The notes under the pieces were generated by a model. It searched no databases and was not told the DNA's origin. It saw nothing but the letters and a program-made list of their open reading frames with translations. From IMG/VR virus record IMGVR_UViG_3300045995_000473: a stretch of DNA of 64,000 nt; one strand, given 5' to 3'. The stretch comes from a virus. Below are positions 53,909 through 64,000 of this stretch, in pieces (the first letter of the stretch is position 1; every line of letters begins with the position of its first letter). A program made the position numbers and the translations under genes.

Positions 53909-56353
53909 TCATAATTCGCACTTTTCAAAGGCTGTTTTAAATGCCTGAACGCTCCTGGTAAACCAAAGCGTTTCAGTTTCATCCAATTTTTGCGAAAATC
54001 CGCTCGCCTGTAACACTTCCGAAGGTGGGATGTATACGGTAACGGGGCGTCTACTCCCGTTCGGCGATAGAATCTGCACACGTTTTTTATCCCAGCCGGA
54101 CATATGACAAACGGTTGAGGCAAAGCCCCGCTGATTCCGCTGATTTCGTTCATTGTTATCTCGACACCAGCGCATATAGGCAGCAAACAAATCCATGCCA
54201 TCACTCGGACAAACTGGATAGCCAAGCTCACCATCAAGGTATTGTTTGATAAATGCAAACTCGTTAGACACACTGAGATCGATCAACCGTTGCTTTGAAT
54301 CGGTCATCGGCGGGCGCTTTTTAGGGTGAAAATCACTCAGGTCAATTCCGAGCAGGTAATCATAGAAAGCTTGAATACCGCCGTTTTCCATTTCAATAAA
54401 AACGTTGTCGTAATATTCTGCTGGTAGCATCGGCGGAGTCCATACCACCAGATGACGGCGATCATCATTTTCCAGCGGAAGCGGCTGCCCTTCGTTCGAT
54501 AGATAGACCACATTGATGTGATTACGCTGGCGATAGGCCGCAATATTCTTTGGGTTGATCCGGATCCATTCACCGGTAACTAATTCCTTGAGTTCATTCT
54601 TGATGTGCCACATCTCAGCACGGGTCACAACTTCCTCAGCAAGAATGAATAGCTTTGAGTCTGACCAATCGCTGTTGAACTTATCTTCCAGTCCACGCTG
54701 GTTAAGCACCGTCGAGTAATCACCATAGATTTTTGACAGCGCCTGGAATACGGTGGATTTACCCGTCCCTTGTGGCCCGTGCATGATGACCGCAGATGAC
54801 ATCTTTGCCCCGGGGTTTTGTAACGGGTAAGCCATCCAACACAACAGCCACTTATAAACATCATGAGAATTGCTTTCGCCGCTGCATAAATACTCAAGCA
54901 ACTCCAACAAATAGACACATGAGCCGCGTTTAGGCTGGAGCGGCCATCCATTCCAGGTGTTCAATTGCACATTCGCATCATTCCCGGACGGGTCAAACCC
55001 GACCTGATCCAGAAAATATGCTCCCCGCTCCACCCAATCAGGATCACGCTTGACGTCATCCCATCGCACCCCGGCAGGCAATAGCGCCTGCATCTGCTCC
55101 TTCATGACAACTTTGTTTGTCCACTTATCGAAAAGATATTTCCCTGTCCCGTCATCCAGTGGAACGAATCGTTCGATCGCCTCATTGATCGGCATCACGG
55201 ATAAGGCTTTGCGCCGACCTCCATTTTCCCCGCCCCCCTGTGGTTGAGATCCCGCGCGCGGGACAGCATCGCGCCACTTCATTTCATCAAGTTTGGCATT
55301 GATTTGGTCAGCCAGCGTGAGGGGTAACCCCGTCATCACCAGCAGATCGTTGAAGTCGGTGAGTTTTTTCCCGCCTCGTTGATCGTTGCCAGCTGCATCT
55401 GTCGGAAACGTAGGCTTTACCCAGGCACTGTTTTCGATTGCAGCACAGGAAGCGGCTGCCGCTGCGCAGCCCGGATTTCCTTCAGTCAGATAGTCGTCAT
55501 CGGCACAGAACAACAGGCGCAGACGCGGGTAATCTTTGGCAAGTTGCCGCCCAGCCTTGATGAGATTATTTGCGCTGAAGGCATAAGCGATACTCTGTCC
55601 TGTTGCTTCATGCAGACTAGCCGCTGTGGCATACCCTTCCGCGATCAGCATAATTCCTTCACGTCGAACCGAACCGATCAGCCCGAACGTGCCGCCCATC
55701 GCCATACCAGTTGGCCAGAATTCTTTGTCACGCTCTATTTTGGTCCGGCGCGGATGCCCCTTCTCGTAGATGAACTGCAACCCCTGAATGACGCCCTTGG
55801 CATCATGCATCGGCACGATCAACGCGCCGGCTGCAGCCTTAATGCGGTAGAAATTTGACTCATCGATACCTTCCAACGTCATATCGCTGGTATCGTCTGG
55901 CAAAATTCGCAGCCCATGCGGCTTGATCTGTTTGATATTCAAGTACTCGTGCGACTCGCACGGGGTAGATTTTGCCCATACCGACGCCGCCCACTGGGCA
56001 GCACGCTTCACCTCTGACTTGCGAACTGCCTCTAGTTTTTTTTCAGCCTCCTTATGGGCGGCGCGCATTGCGGCACGATCATCATCGGTCAGCGCATCGT
56101 CATCATTTTTGCTGAAAGTGATCTTGCATTTCCCGTCATCGTTCCCGTGCCAGACGCCATACACGCCGACGATGTAAGTCTTGCCAGAATTAGATTGCCA
56201 CTCACGAAGCCGTGTCCAGCCGCGCTTTTCAGTACCTTCATCCTCAACCTTCCAGCGCTGAATCTTTGCATCAAAATTAAGTGGGGGTACGACAATCAAT
56301 CCCGCATTGCGCAGCTGCTGAAGCACTTCGTCGTAGTTTGTCCAGGTAGTCAT
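53909..56353 (-). CDS. Primase-helicase (copy 2)
   Basis: Copy of 15850-18294. Confidence 0.9.
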   Translation of the reverse strand: MTTWTNYDEVLQQLRNAGLIVVPPLNFDAKIQRWKVEDEGTEKRGWTRLREWQSNSGKTYIVGVYGVWHGNDDGKCKITFSKNDDDALTDDDRAAMRAAHKEAEKKLEAVRKSEVKRAAQWAASVWAKSTPCESHEYLNIKQIKPHGLRILPDDTSDMTLEGIDESNFYRIKAAAGALIVPMHDAKGVIQGLQFIYEKGHPRRTKIERDKEFWPTGMAMGGTFGLIGSVRREGIMLIAEGYATAASLHEATGQSIAYAFSANNLIKAGRQLAKDYPRLRLLFCADDDYLTEGNPGCAAAAASCAAIENSAWVKPTFPTDAAGNDQRGGKKLTDFNDLLVMTGLPLTLADQINAKLDEMKWRDAVPRAGSQPQGGGENGGRRKALSVMPINEAIERFVPLDDGTGKYLFDKWTNKVVMKEQMQALLPAGVRWDDVKRDPDWVERGAYFLDQVGFDPSGNDANVQLNTWNGWPLQPKRGSCVYLLELLEYLCSGESNSHDVYKWLLCWMAYPLQNPGAKMSSAVIMHGPQGTGKSTVFQALSKIYGDYSTVLNQRGLEDKFNSDWSDSKLFILAEEVVTRAEMWHIKNELKELVTGEWIRINPKNIAAYRQRNHINVVYLSNEGQPLPLENDDRRHLVVWTPPMLPAEYYDNVFIEMENGGIQAFYDYLLGIDLSDFHPKKRPPMTDSKQRLIDLSVSNEFAFIKQYLDGELGYPVCPSDGMDLFAAYMRWCRDNNERNQRNQRGFASTVCHMSGWDKKRVQILSPNGSRRPVTVYIPPSEVLQASGFSQKLDETETLWFTRSVQAFKTAFEKCEL

Positions 56354-57060
56354 CGTGCGGTACTCATAGCAGATGAAAATGCTGCATCAAAGTTTGGCTG
56401 AAAATCACGTGTAATAACCTCGTTCGCACTTCGCTCGAAGTCGATCACCTTTTTATAGGCGGCAGACTGAACAAAGATAAACATCGGCTTTATGGCCTGA
56501 TGTGCAAAACGCTTATAGATACCGGGGTGCAAGTGGGTTGTAGTACCGACATGAACAATAAAATATTTAATATGCATTGAGCGTTTTCCGCGCCATATCG
56601 TCATCCCATTGTGTAAAAAACCCAGCATCTCGCTGATTTCTTTTCGGCTTGGATTCCCGTAGGCATCAAGCTTGATTCCAGCACCGGGAATAGCGCGCCA
56701 GCCGTGCGGTAATCCACCAATGGTTTCAATCGCCTTTTCAAATGGCTTTCGGCCACGAACTCCACCCTTGAAATGTTCTTTCAGCAATAATGACGGCGCG
56801 GTCCCACCAGCAGGCTTCATATCCTTTATTCCTACTGTCGCTATCAGGTCGCGTTTGTTCGCGATCTGGGTAAAAGTTGCACGCTTGACGTACGGGCTTG
56901 GTAAACTGAACACGCCAGCCATGTCCGACTGAAGCCGCGCCTCGACTGATTTTGCTGTCTTGGTGATCGCCAGCGCTGCCGCGAAAGGAAATTGTTCGCG
57001 CCCGATATTGCTCAGGCGACTTTTCAACTCTTCCATCCCCTCAATTTTTACCGTGATCAT
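56350..57060 (-). CDS. gpZ-like phage protein (copy 2)
   Basis: Copy of 18291-19001. Confidence 0.45.
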   Translation of the reverse strand: MITVKIEGMEELKSRLSNIGREQFPFAAALAITKTAKSVEARLQSDMAGVFSLPSPYVKRATFTQIANKRDLIATVGIKDMKPAGGTAPSLLLKEHFKGGVRGRKPFEKAIETIGGLPHGWRAIPGAGIKLDAYGNPSRKEISEMLGFLHNGMTIWRGKRSMHIKYFIVHVGTTTHLHPGIYKRFAHQAIKPMFIFVQSAAYKKVIDFERSANEVITRDFQPNFDAAFSSAMSTAR

Positions 57061-57267
57061 GGCGAGCTCAATGGGCGATCGAGTTGACTAAGTTTGAAAC
57101 TCCACACCCTAGCGCAACATCGAGGCTCGGATTACCCGCAGTGGATAAACCCAGGGAGTACCTTAAAACCGGACGCTGTTGAGTGTTGCGTTGCAGAGTT
57201 GCAAGAGCGCGCAACTGTGACGCAATGCTGCGCTTACCAACCTGACGGGGAGCGGGGTTATTGATCC

Positions 57268-57714
57268 TCATAGCTGTACTCCTTGCGCTTGCATCGCTGC
57301 AAGGATGGCTTCAAGCCTTCCGGACTGAGCGACCATCTCGGCGAGTTCCTTGCGGATGCTGCGCAGTTCGATGGCGGTTACCCTGCCATCAGCCAGTGAG
57401 TTGGTCACGCTCTTCAGGTAGCCTGCGAACTCCTCGCAGGTCTTGACGATCGCAGATGTGATGTCCTGATCAGCTACCTCAGGCAGTTGCAACGCCATGT
57501 GCCCGTTGTCCATACACAGCGTATGCAGTGCACGGTAGTCACCTGTCAGCATCATGATCTGCTCCATGTCGCGTACTGTGACGTGATTGGTCGCATCGTT
57601 TGGGTTTAACTTATGCGACAGAACTGATGGATTAACCTGCATCCGTGCAGCCAGGGCGCGGATCGCCCCCGGATATTCGTGTGCAGACAAATAGAGTGCA
57701 TCGAGCATAGACAT
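57268..57714 (-). CDS. CII-like regulator (copy 2)
   Basis: Copy of 19209-19655. Confidence 0.7.
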   Translation of the reverse strand: MSMLDALYLSAHEYPGAIRALAARMQVNPSVLSHKLNPNDATNHVTVRDMEQIMMLTGDYRALHTLCMDNGHMALQLPEVADQDITSAIVKTCEEFAGYLKSVTNSLADGRVTAIELRSIRKELAEMVAQSGRLEAILAAMQAQGVQL

Positions 57715-58207
57715 GGCATTACTCCCTTTATATTGACGTTGTAAGTGCGCTCTTATCGGCGCATCGTTGGAACATGAAAACGAATTAACTCATTGACCGG
57801 ATCAATACCCTGCAAGCCGATAACATCGCGCTGATGCAGATGCTGGCAGCAGTCATCAGGCAAAGCGGACTGGACGTGCGCAGCGAATACCGTGCGCGTT
57901 GTGAGATCGTGAAGCGGATCACTGAACCGAATGCAGACGAAGATGCTTGCGCTATCCAGCGCACTGTAATGGGAAAGGTAGAACGAGTGGTACTAGGAGA
58001 ACGCAATGCGCTCAATCCAGAATAAAAAAATGCCACCGGCATTGCGACCGATGGCATTAACCGCACAGAGGCTGCGCGGGCTTCGCTCAGGGAGTAGCAC
58101 GAAGATGATAGAGGCGCGCTCACAGCGCAGCCTAGATAAAAGGTGGGTATCCACTGACGTGATAGGATTGAGTTCCTACACAACGATCCATAACGAAAGG
58201 GATACCC

Positions 58208-58438
58208 ATGATGATCTACTACCGATTCAGTACGCGCGCAGGGAATTTCTACATCCTGCAAAAGAATGGAATCTGGCATGCCATGTTCCAGGACGAAGAC
58301 CTTGGGCCTTACGGCACTCCTCAGGAAGCACTGGACGATCTGGCAGGCGGTCATTCCGACTGGCCTTCCTGCGGAGATCCTTCACGATTCGAACTTCCTT
58401 CCGAGCTGGAAGACTGGGAGTTGTTACACATCCGATAA
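58208..58438 (+). CDS. Hypothetical protein (copy 2)
   Basis: Copy of 20149-20379. Confidence 0.6.
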   Translation: MMIYYRFSTRAGNFYILQKNGIWHAMFQDEDLGPYGTPQEALDDLAGGHSDWPSCGDPSRFELPSELEDWELLHIR

Positions 58439-58692
58439 ATACTCAGCATTTCCAGAAGAACTTCTTCACGACTGAGGCCATCTTCCGAGCCGGATGGCAG
58501 GGAGTTGCTACGAAGCAGATAAGCGTTCAGTATTTGCTGAATAGATTCAGTGACTCTGACCGCATCCCACAGCGGAAGAGCCAGTCTGACAATACCGCCA
58601 TCCGGCATATTAAAACTGATGCCTATGACCTCGCCTTTGGTGCTGGTTGTTCCGCGCCAGGCGCACAACTTGAAATCTGGATGCAATGGCAT
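58351..58692 (-). CDS. Hypothetical protein (copy 2)
   Basis: Copy of 20292-20633. Confidence 0.55.
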   Translation of the reverse strand: MPLHPDFKLCAWRGTTSTKGEVIGISFNMPDGGIVRLALPLWDAVRVTESIQQILNAYLLRSNSLPSGSEDGLSREEVLLEMLSIYRMCNNSQSSSSEGSSNREGSPQEGQSE

Positions 58693-58974
58693 TTACGCGG
58701 CCTCCTGTGTTTGATTGGATTCGCGGTCAGCCGATGCGCCAAACACATCCGGGCGCAACTCGTACCGGGTTACCGCGCCATTGGTGATTTCTTCGATGGC
58801 CCGGCAGTGTTCAGCAGGCGGCGTGGGCGACTCGCTGTTCAGCCAGTTCCATACGTGCGCCTGAGCAACTTTGACCACAGTTCCGTTCTGCGCATGCCAG
58901 ATCCTGATTTCAGCAGCTAGTTTTACCTGACCGCCAACGAGTTCAACTGACTTTAATAGTGGGGAAATTTTCAT
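58693..58974 (-). CDS. cro: Cro-like protein (copy 2)
   Basis: Copy of 20634-20915. Confidence 0.8.
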   Translation of the reverse strand: MKISPLLKSVELVGGQVKLAAEIRIWHAQNGTVVKVAQAHVWNWLNSESPTPPAEHCRAIEEITNGAVTRYELRPDVFGASADRESNQTQEAA

Positions 58975-58988
58975 GATGCGCTCAGAAT

Positions 58989-59050
58989 ACAACGATACTT
59001 GTTGCAAGGTCAACAATTTTCATTGTTTGACTGCTTACAACTTTGTTTGT
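58989..59050. promoter_or_regulatory. Right operator (copy 2)
   Basis: Copy of 20930-20991. Confidence 0.8.
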
Positions 59051-59062
59051 AAAACTGTAGTT

Positions 59063-59413
59063 ATGAATCTTTCAGAGCGAATTGTCCTAGCGCGGACACA
59101 TGCGAAGCTAACACAAAGGCAATTAGCTGATTTATCTGGAGTCACTCAGCAGTCGATTTCATTGCTTGAAAAAGGAAAGCAGAAACAAACTACTGAGATC
59201 GTTTCAATAGCAGTGGCTTGCGGCGTGAGATCTGAATGGTTGGCTCTAGAGCAAGGCGAAATGGTAAACGGCTTGCATATTGAAGACGAACGCATCAAAC
59301 GTGGCGTCACTATCCTGGAACAAATGCAGGCGGATAACCGACTAGACGACGCAATGGAGTTGCTTGATTCGATTGCTAAATTCAGCCGAAAAGCCAGTGG
59401 CGAGAACAAATAA
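59063..59413 (+). CDS. cI: CI-like repressor (copy 2)
   Basis: Copy of 21004-21354. Confidence 0.85.
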   Translation: MNLSERIVLARTHAKLTQRQLADLSGVTQQSISLLEKGKQKQTTEIVSIAVACGVRSEWLALEQGEMVNGLHIEDERIKRGVTILEQMQADNRLDDAMELLDSIAKFSRKASGENK

Positions 59414-59463
59414 CGTAATTCAGCTGCAAATTCAATTAAAATTTGATTTTTAAAGAGGATTTT

Positions 59464-59997
59464 ATGGCGCTTATTAAATGTACCGAATGCGGTAAGGAAG
59501 TTAGCGATCAGGCTAAGGCATGCCCGCAATGTGGTGCCAAGAAATTCAAGCCGAAGCCAGCGAAAAAACCTCTTGGACTTTTTGCATGGACAATGATCGC
59601 GGGATTTTCGGTTTTAGCCGCAGTTAGTTCATTCTTGCCAAAAAATACAACTCAAACACCTACTCAAACACCAGAACAGATCGCCGCAAAGACTAAGAGA
59701 GATGGTCAGTTAGAGACTGGCGCATTAGGCGCAATTGCGCTAAAGAATCGCATGAAAGACCCGGAGGCTTTCAATCTGACTGGCGCAAACGTCAAAGACA
59801 ATGGCGCAACCTGCTACGAATACCGGGCTAAAAACGGCTTTGGTGCAATCTTTCCTGGCAGCGCTGTACTAACCAGCAAGGGCGATATCTATGTATCTGA
59901 TCAAGGAGATAAATTTACCCGCGCCTGGAACAGGGAATGTGCAGGAAAATCAGGCGAGGATATCAAATCAAAAGTCCGGATGATGGGCGTACTTTAA
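59464..59997 (+). CDS. Zinc-ribbon membrane protein (copy 2)
   Basis: Copy of 21405-21938. Confidence 0.75.
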   Translation: MALIKCTECGKEVSDQAKACPQCGAKKFKPKPAKKPLGLFAWTMIAGFSVLAAVSSFLPKNTTQTPTQTPEQIAAKTKRDGQLETGALGAIALKNRMKDPEAFNLTGANVKDNGATCYEYRAKNGFGAIFPGSAVLTSKGDIYVSDQGDKFTRAWNRECAGKSGEDIKSKVRMMGVL

Positions 59998-60057
59998 TTA
60001 AACCGTGACAAATACACCAACCCCAGATCTATCACACATCCGGAACCAAAACGTGCC

Positions 60058-60318
60058 ATGAGTGTCATCGACTTCACCGACTATAAAAAGAATCTAGCCG
60101 GCAACACACCTAAAAAAATAACATTTAGGGGCGCTGTATACTTTGACGACACCAAGACTCCCTCTTCACTCAACTTCATTTTTACCATCGCAGATGGTGA
60201 TGTTGCAGGAGTGATCGAAGCCGCAAAAGAATTCGGCGGCATACCCTATACCACCGATGACGGGAAAACCCTTTTTCTTCCTTGGCCACCAGCAGCCATC
60301 GAGATTGAAGATATCTAG
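60058..60318 (+). CDS. Hypothetical protein (copy 2)
   Basis: Copy of 21999-22259. Confidence 0.55.
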   Translation: MSVIDFTDYKKNLAGNTPKKITFRGAVYFDDTKTPSSLNFIFTIADGDVAGVIEAAKEFGGIPYTTDDGKTLFLPWPPAAIEIEDI

Positions 60319-60638
60319 TGAAATCTTCGGCGCTATTCACTTTCACCCCTGAAGCCTGAACGGAAGATATTTTCGACTGGCCGCGCTCTCTAACGTAGAT
60401 CGCAAGGCTCTCCTGTAAAGCTTCAGCAATATTCCGTGCGCTTGCCTCATCAAGCGATACACGTACCACCCCTCCTTCGCCCATCTCAAATATTACCCCG
60501 ATCCGGCCAGCCCTCCTGTCAAACCGCGTGGCTCTACCCCACATCGCCCGTTTATAGCAATTTGGCAACTTAAATAGCATTGTCATATCCTTAATTTTAA
60601 CCGCCAGATGTCCTGACGGTTTTTATTTTACCTTAAAT

Positions 60639-60681
60639 ACAATTATTCTTGTTGACGTATCAACAATTATAATTGTATAGT
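60639..60681 (+). promoter_or_regulatory. Left operator/promoter (copy 2)
   Basis: Copy of 22580-22622. Confidence 0.75.
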
Positions 60682-60881
60682 ATCTCCCATACCGCAACCA
60701 CAGCGGAGATGCGCTGCCAAGGTGACGCGAGCCGTAGTCCTCCATATCGGGGCCAACACGAAAAAAAATGGATTCATGGAAGTTGACGGTGCAAGTCCAT
60801 GTCTGAATAAACCGTACTGCCGGCAGCCAGATAAAACTGCCAACCAAGCAAAAACCGACAAACTTACACAGGTAAATCATC

Positions 60882-61064
60882 ATGCCAAATTCAAAATTTA
60901 AATTTGAACTCGAACAACAGGTAACCATCACCGCCAGCGGCGAAACCGGTGAAGTAATTGGTCGCGCCGAATATGCGTATGCCGAAAAATCCTACTTTAT
61001 TCGTTACAAATGCGGCAATGGCTGCGCGGTTGAAGCATGGTGGACTGAATCTGCGCTGTCTTAA
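60882..61064 (+). CDS. Hypothetical protein (copy 2)
   Basis: Copy of 22823-23005. Confidence 0.65.
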   Translation: MPNSKFKFELEQQVTITASGETGEVIGRAEYAYAEKSYFIRYKCGNGCAVEAWWTESALS

Positions 61065-61117
61065 AACAAAACATACCTTTTAGATAACTAAAATTACTAA
61101 TTGCGAAGGAAGAAATC

Positions 61118-61468
61118 ATGTCAAAACCTATCAACGAAACGCTGCGTCTGCTCAGCGGCGATACAGAGGGAAGCAACTTTCTCGATGATGTTTCCAACGC
61201 GATGGCCGAGCTGGTGACCGCCGTCGATTCCACCGGCAAAGGCGGCGAACTCAACATCAAGATCGTTCTGAAAAAAGCGACGCGCGGTGCTGTATCGGTA
61301 GCCGGTAAGTATTCGATCAAGAAACCGGTCACTGCGCCAGACGTTACGCTGCTGTTCAGTACGCCTGAAGGCAATCTGCTGACACAAGATCCACGTCAGC
61401 AAAATCTGGAGCTCAAAACCGTCGCCCAGGCCATTGCTGTACCACTCAAACAAGTAGGAGAAATGTAA
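61118..61468 (+). CDS. Hypothetical protein (copy 2)
   Basis: Copy of 23059-23409. Confidence 0.75.
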   Translation: MSKPINETLRLLSGDTEGSNFLDDVSNAMAELVTAVDSTGKGGELNIKIVLKKATRGAVSVAGKYSIKKPVTAPDVTLLFSTPEGNLLTQDPRQQNLELKTVAQAIAVPLKQVGEM

Positions 61469-61470
61469 TC

Positions 61471-62301
61471 ATGCAAGAAAATCAAGAAAATATCGCCGCT
61501 ACAGTCGCGCGTGAAGCACGTAAGCCATTTCCTTTACCGGACAAACCAGCTTATGTCGCTGTTCCAGATGGCTGGAATCTTCAAGATACCGAAGCGCTTG
61601 ATGCTTGTCCGCGCCGTAAAAAATCTACCGTCAGCCTGGACGACGACACCGGCTATATCGATTACATCAAGCGCCATGGCGCGCCTGACCTCACCACAAT
61701 CTGGTGCGATGCAGATTATGAAAAAGGTCGTATCGGCTATACCTGCGTGCTGAATGATCATGCTGGTGATGAAGGCGGTCAGGAATGGCGTGACCATATC
61801 GCCCGTTTTACTCCGGCTCAATCGGTAGAGTGGAAACGCTGGATCGACAAAGACGGCAAGGTTATGGATCAACTTGAGTTCGCGACATTCATCGAAAACA
61901 ATCTAGCTGACATTGCAACCACTGAAGGCCTGCCATCTGGTACGGACATGTTGCACATGTCTACCAACCTTGAGATTACTCAGGACTCAAGCATCAAGAG
62001 CGCAATCCGCATGCAAAGCGGCGGTGTGCGCATTAGCTATATCGAGGATGAAAACGCCGAGACGGCCAAGTTCATGGAGGTTTACAGCCAGTTTGCCATC
62101 GGCATTCCGGTGTTTCGCGGCAGCGATGCATACCAGGTAAACGCCCGCCTTAAATATCGCCTGAACGGCGGAAAGCTCAAGTTCTGGTATGAGCTGATCC
62201 GCGCAGACAAGGTAATGGAAGCGTCAGCAAAAAGCCTGACAGTGAAGATTCAGGAACAAACGACCTTTCCTATATTCCACGGCAATCCATTCGCAAGATA
62301 A
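61471..62301 (+). CDS. DUF2303 protein (copy 2)
   Basis: Copy of 23412-24242. Confidence 0.8.
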   Translation: MQENQENIAATVAREARKPFPLPDKPAYVAVPDGWNLQDTEALDACPRRKKSTVSLDDDTGYIDYIKRHGAPDLTTIWCDADYEKGRIGYTCVLNDHAGDEGGQEWRDHIARFTPAQSVEWKRWIDKDGKVMDQLEFATFIENNLADIATTEGLPSGTDMLHMSTNLEITQDSSIKSAIRMQSGGVRISYIEDENAETAKFMEVYSQFAIGIPVFRGSDAYQVNARLKYRLNGGKLKFWYELIRADKVMEASAKSLTVKIQEQTTFPIFHGNPFAR

Positions 62302-62346
62302 CTTAATACGCCCTGCCCGGCTTCGGGTAGGGAAAAGGAGAAAATC

Positions 62347-62781
62347 GTGCCTCAACTTCCACCAAAAGATCCGCCCCCAGACCCAGCAAATCAATATCTC
62401 CAAAAAATCGAGTTTGGCGGATTGATTTGGGAGAAGTCACGCCGATCTGATACCAATGAATACACCGCTCATCATCCGGATATTGGAGATTTGCGCATAT
62501 TCCAATATCCGAAAGAATCTTCATGCGACGGAGAATGGCTTTGGAATGCTGATATAGACATCCTATTTTCCAGGGATGACGCTCCAAAATATATAGAGAC
62601 GCGCGTCAGCAATATCGTGGAAACAGCAGAAGAGGCAATGGCTCACTGCCTGCGCGCCAGGGAATACTTGATCGAGGACATCAAAAAACTATCAATGCAT
62701 TTTAAAGTTGGCGGTTACCCCAGCGGGTTTGAAGATGGTCAGGCGGCACTTGCTAAAAAAATTGCTGCGGTGATGCCATGA
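62347..62781 (+). CDS. Hypothetical protein (copy 2)
   Basis: Copy of 24288-24722. Confidence 0.7.
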   Translation: MPQLPPKDPPPDPANQYLQKIEFGGLIWEKSRRSDTNEYTAHHPDIGDLRIFQYPKESSCDGEWLWNADIDILFSRDDAPKYIETRVSNIVETAEEAMAHCLRAREYLIEDIKKLSMHFKVGGYPSGFEDGQAALAKKIAAVMP

Positions 62782-62981
62782 CAGAAACGACTTTCTACGT
62801 GAACGTCTCTGCGGATCGGATGGATGTCTGTGATGGCGCCATCATCGCTTACATGATGACCAATCCAGACTCCAGCGTCGATGACGCTTTAGATGCCATT
62901 TTTAATGTGGGTATGAATGTCGTCATCGCCATCAACCCAACTTTCCAAAACAATCAACCAGATGAGGTCTGCATATGCTGA
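62778..62981 (+). CDS. Hypothetical protein (copy 2)
   Basis: Copy of 24719-24922. Confidence 0.6.
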   Translation: MTETTFYVNVSADRMDVCDGAIIAYMMTNPDSSVDDALDAIFNVGMNVVIAINPTFQNNQPDEVCIC

Positions 62982-63302
62982 ACCGAGCAATCCTTGTTCC
63001 GCGCCGCAAGCCATATACGCAAACGCACTGGACTGTGCGTGTAATCCGCTGCATTCAACATTTCCGATACTACCGAAAACAGAGAATGTGCATCTCCGTT
63101 TCCTGGGCGCTTGCGAGGCACACACTATGAGCACTCTTAACCTAAAAATTACCGCGTTACGCCAAGCTGCAATCGATGCTGCGGTCGAACTAGACTGGAC
63201 AAAAAATGAACCAGGTGTACAGCCTGAAATTCAAGAGCGAGCAGTCAGCATCATCCAGCGCGTGTTCGCAGCCTGCGAAGCTTTAGATGAGGCTGAAAAG
63301 CC

Positions 63303-63866
63303 ATGAGCAAGCCTAAAGCAAAGCGCGATAAAGCCTATCGCCCTAAAGGTGTGCGGATCCCGGTCACTAGTCTGCGTGATGAATTTGGCATTGTGCTGCA
63401 CAGCTGCATCGTCGCTGCGCGCAATGGGCATTTCGATAAATCTCAATTTGACCGCATCGGGCAGGCGATCAATTGCGTATGGGGCGCGCTGTATTTAAAG
63501 CCGCCGAAAGACATCTCGGTGATGACGGTTGTTGAAGGTGCTATGCGCGCGATGAATGATGTATCTGAGCGCGGCGATGCAACCGGACACTGGTTGCTGC
63601 GCGATTTTGAGCAGGCCGCCGTACTGGCAGGCATCCGCAAGATCGAAGAACAACTCCCCTACATGGACGTGATGATGCTGTATCGCGCCATGCAGGAAAT
63701 GAAAACGCTCTCTCTCGCAGAACGCACGATTCGCTCGGAAGATATTCAATCCATCAATATTCTCAACGAAAAAACGGGCGAAATTATCCGAATTGAAAGA
63801 GCAGCAGTAGGCAAGTTAACTAACCATAACAGCAAGGAGAATAGCAGTGAAACCAATCGAATTTGA
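63303..63866 (+). CDS. Hypothetical protein (copy 2)
   Basis: Copy of 25244-25807. Confidence 0.7.
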   Translation: MSKPKAKRDKAYRPKGVRIPVTSLRDEFGIVLHSCIVAARNGHFDKSQFDRIGQAINCVWGALYLKPPKDISVMTVVEGAMRAMNDVSERGDATGHWLLRDFEQAAVLAGIRKIEEQLPYMDVMMLYRAMQEMKTLSLAERTIRSEDIQSINILNEKTGEIIRIERAAVGKLTNHNSKENSSETNRI

Positions 63867-64000
63867 TCTTGGTGGCGGCGTAAAAATGGCGCTGCCTACC
63901 GAAACTGTCGTACGCAACCTACTCGACAGCCTACGCCAACAACCCAGCACTACCAAGTCCAGCAGCCCGAGAATAGGCGAATACCTGACAACGGAGGGCG
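63847..64000 (+). CDS. DGR target protein 1, 5' part (copy 2, truncated by window edge before VR1)
   Basis: Copy of 25788-25941. Confidence 0.85.
   Translation, partial: MKPIEFDLGGGVKMALPTETVVRNLLDSLRQQPSTTKSSSPRIGEYLTTEG

Larger units (their letters stand above)
38060..64000. repeat. Second (partial) tandem copy of the phage genome, equal to 1-25941
   Basis: Every ORF recurs at +38059 with identical translation; TAGCGATACACCAGTTATGAAAC at both 1 and 38060. Confidence 0.98.

Noticed and set aside
1-64000. Specific host assignment
   Set aside because: Gene content suggests a proteobacterial host, but no host DNA is present and no search could be run.

Overview
The window is a head-to-tail repeat of one 38,059-bp temperate tailed-phage genome. 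Bases 1-25941 recur at 38060-64000 with identical ORF translations, giving about 1.7 genome copies and no host DNA. Modules per unit: lambda-like terminase/portal, ClpP-protease-major-capsid fusion, non-contractile tail (tape measure, DUF2460/DUF2163/NlpC tip, SGNH-esterase tail spike), lysis cassette, TOPRIM primase-helicase, a 434-like cI/cro switch, a rightward early operon, and a tyrosine integrase beside an intact attP whose core is the 3' half of tRNA-His. The standout is a complete diversity-generating retroelement (Avd, TR, RT). It sits in the early, probably repressor-controlled operon and targets two tandem small, apparently cytoplasmic C-type-lectin-fold (DUF1566-like) proteins rather than a tail fibre. 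Both VRs show adenine-specific divergence from TR (13/13 and 9/10 mismatches at TR adenines). Just downstream is an acyl-carrier-protein homologue whose phosphopantetheine serine is replaced by glutamate, a candidate ACP mimic. Family names come from motif recognition by eye, not database searches. Identity of the two copies was judged from the ORF track and spot checks.
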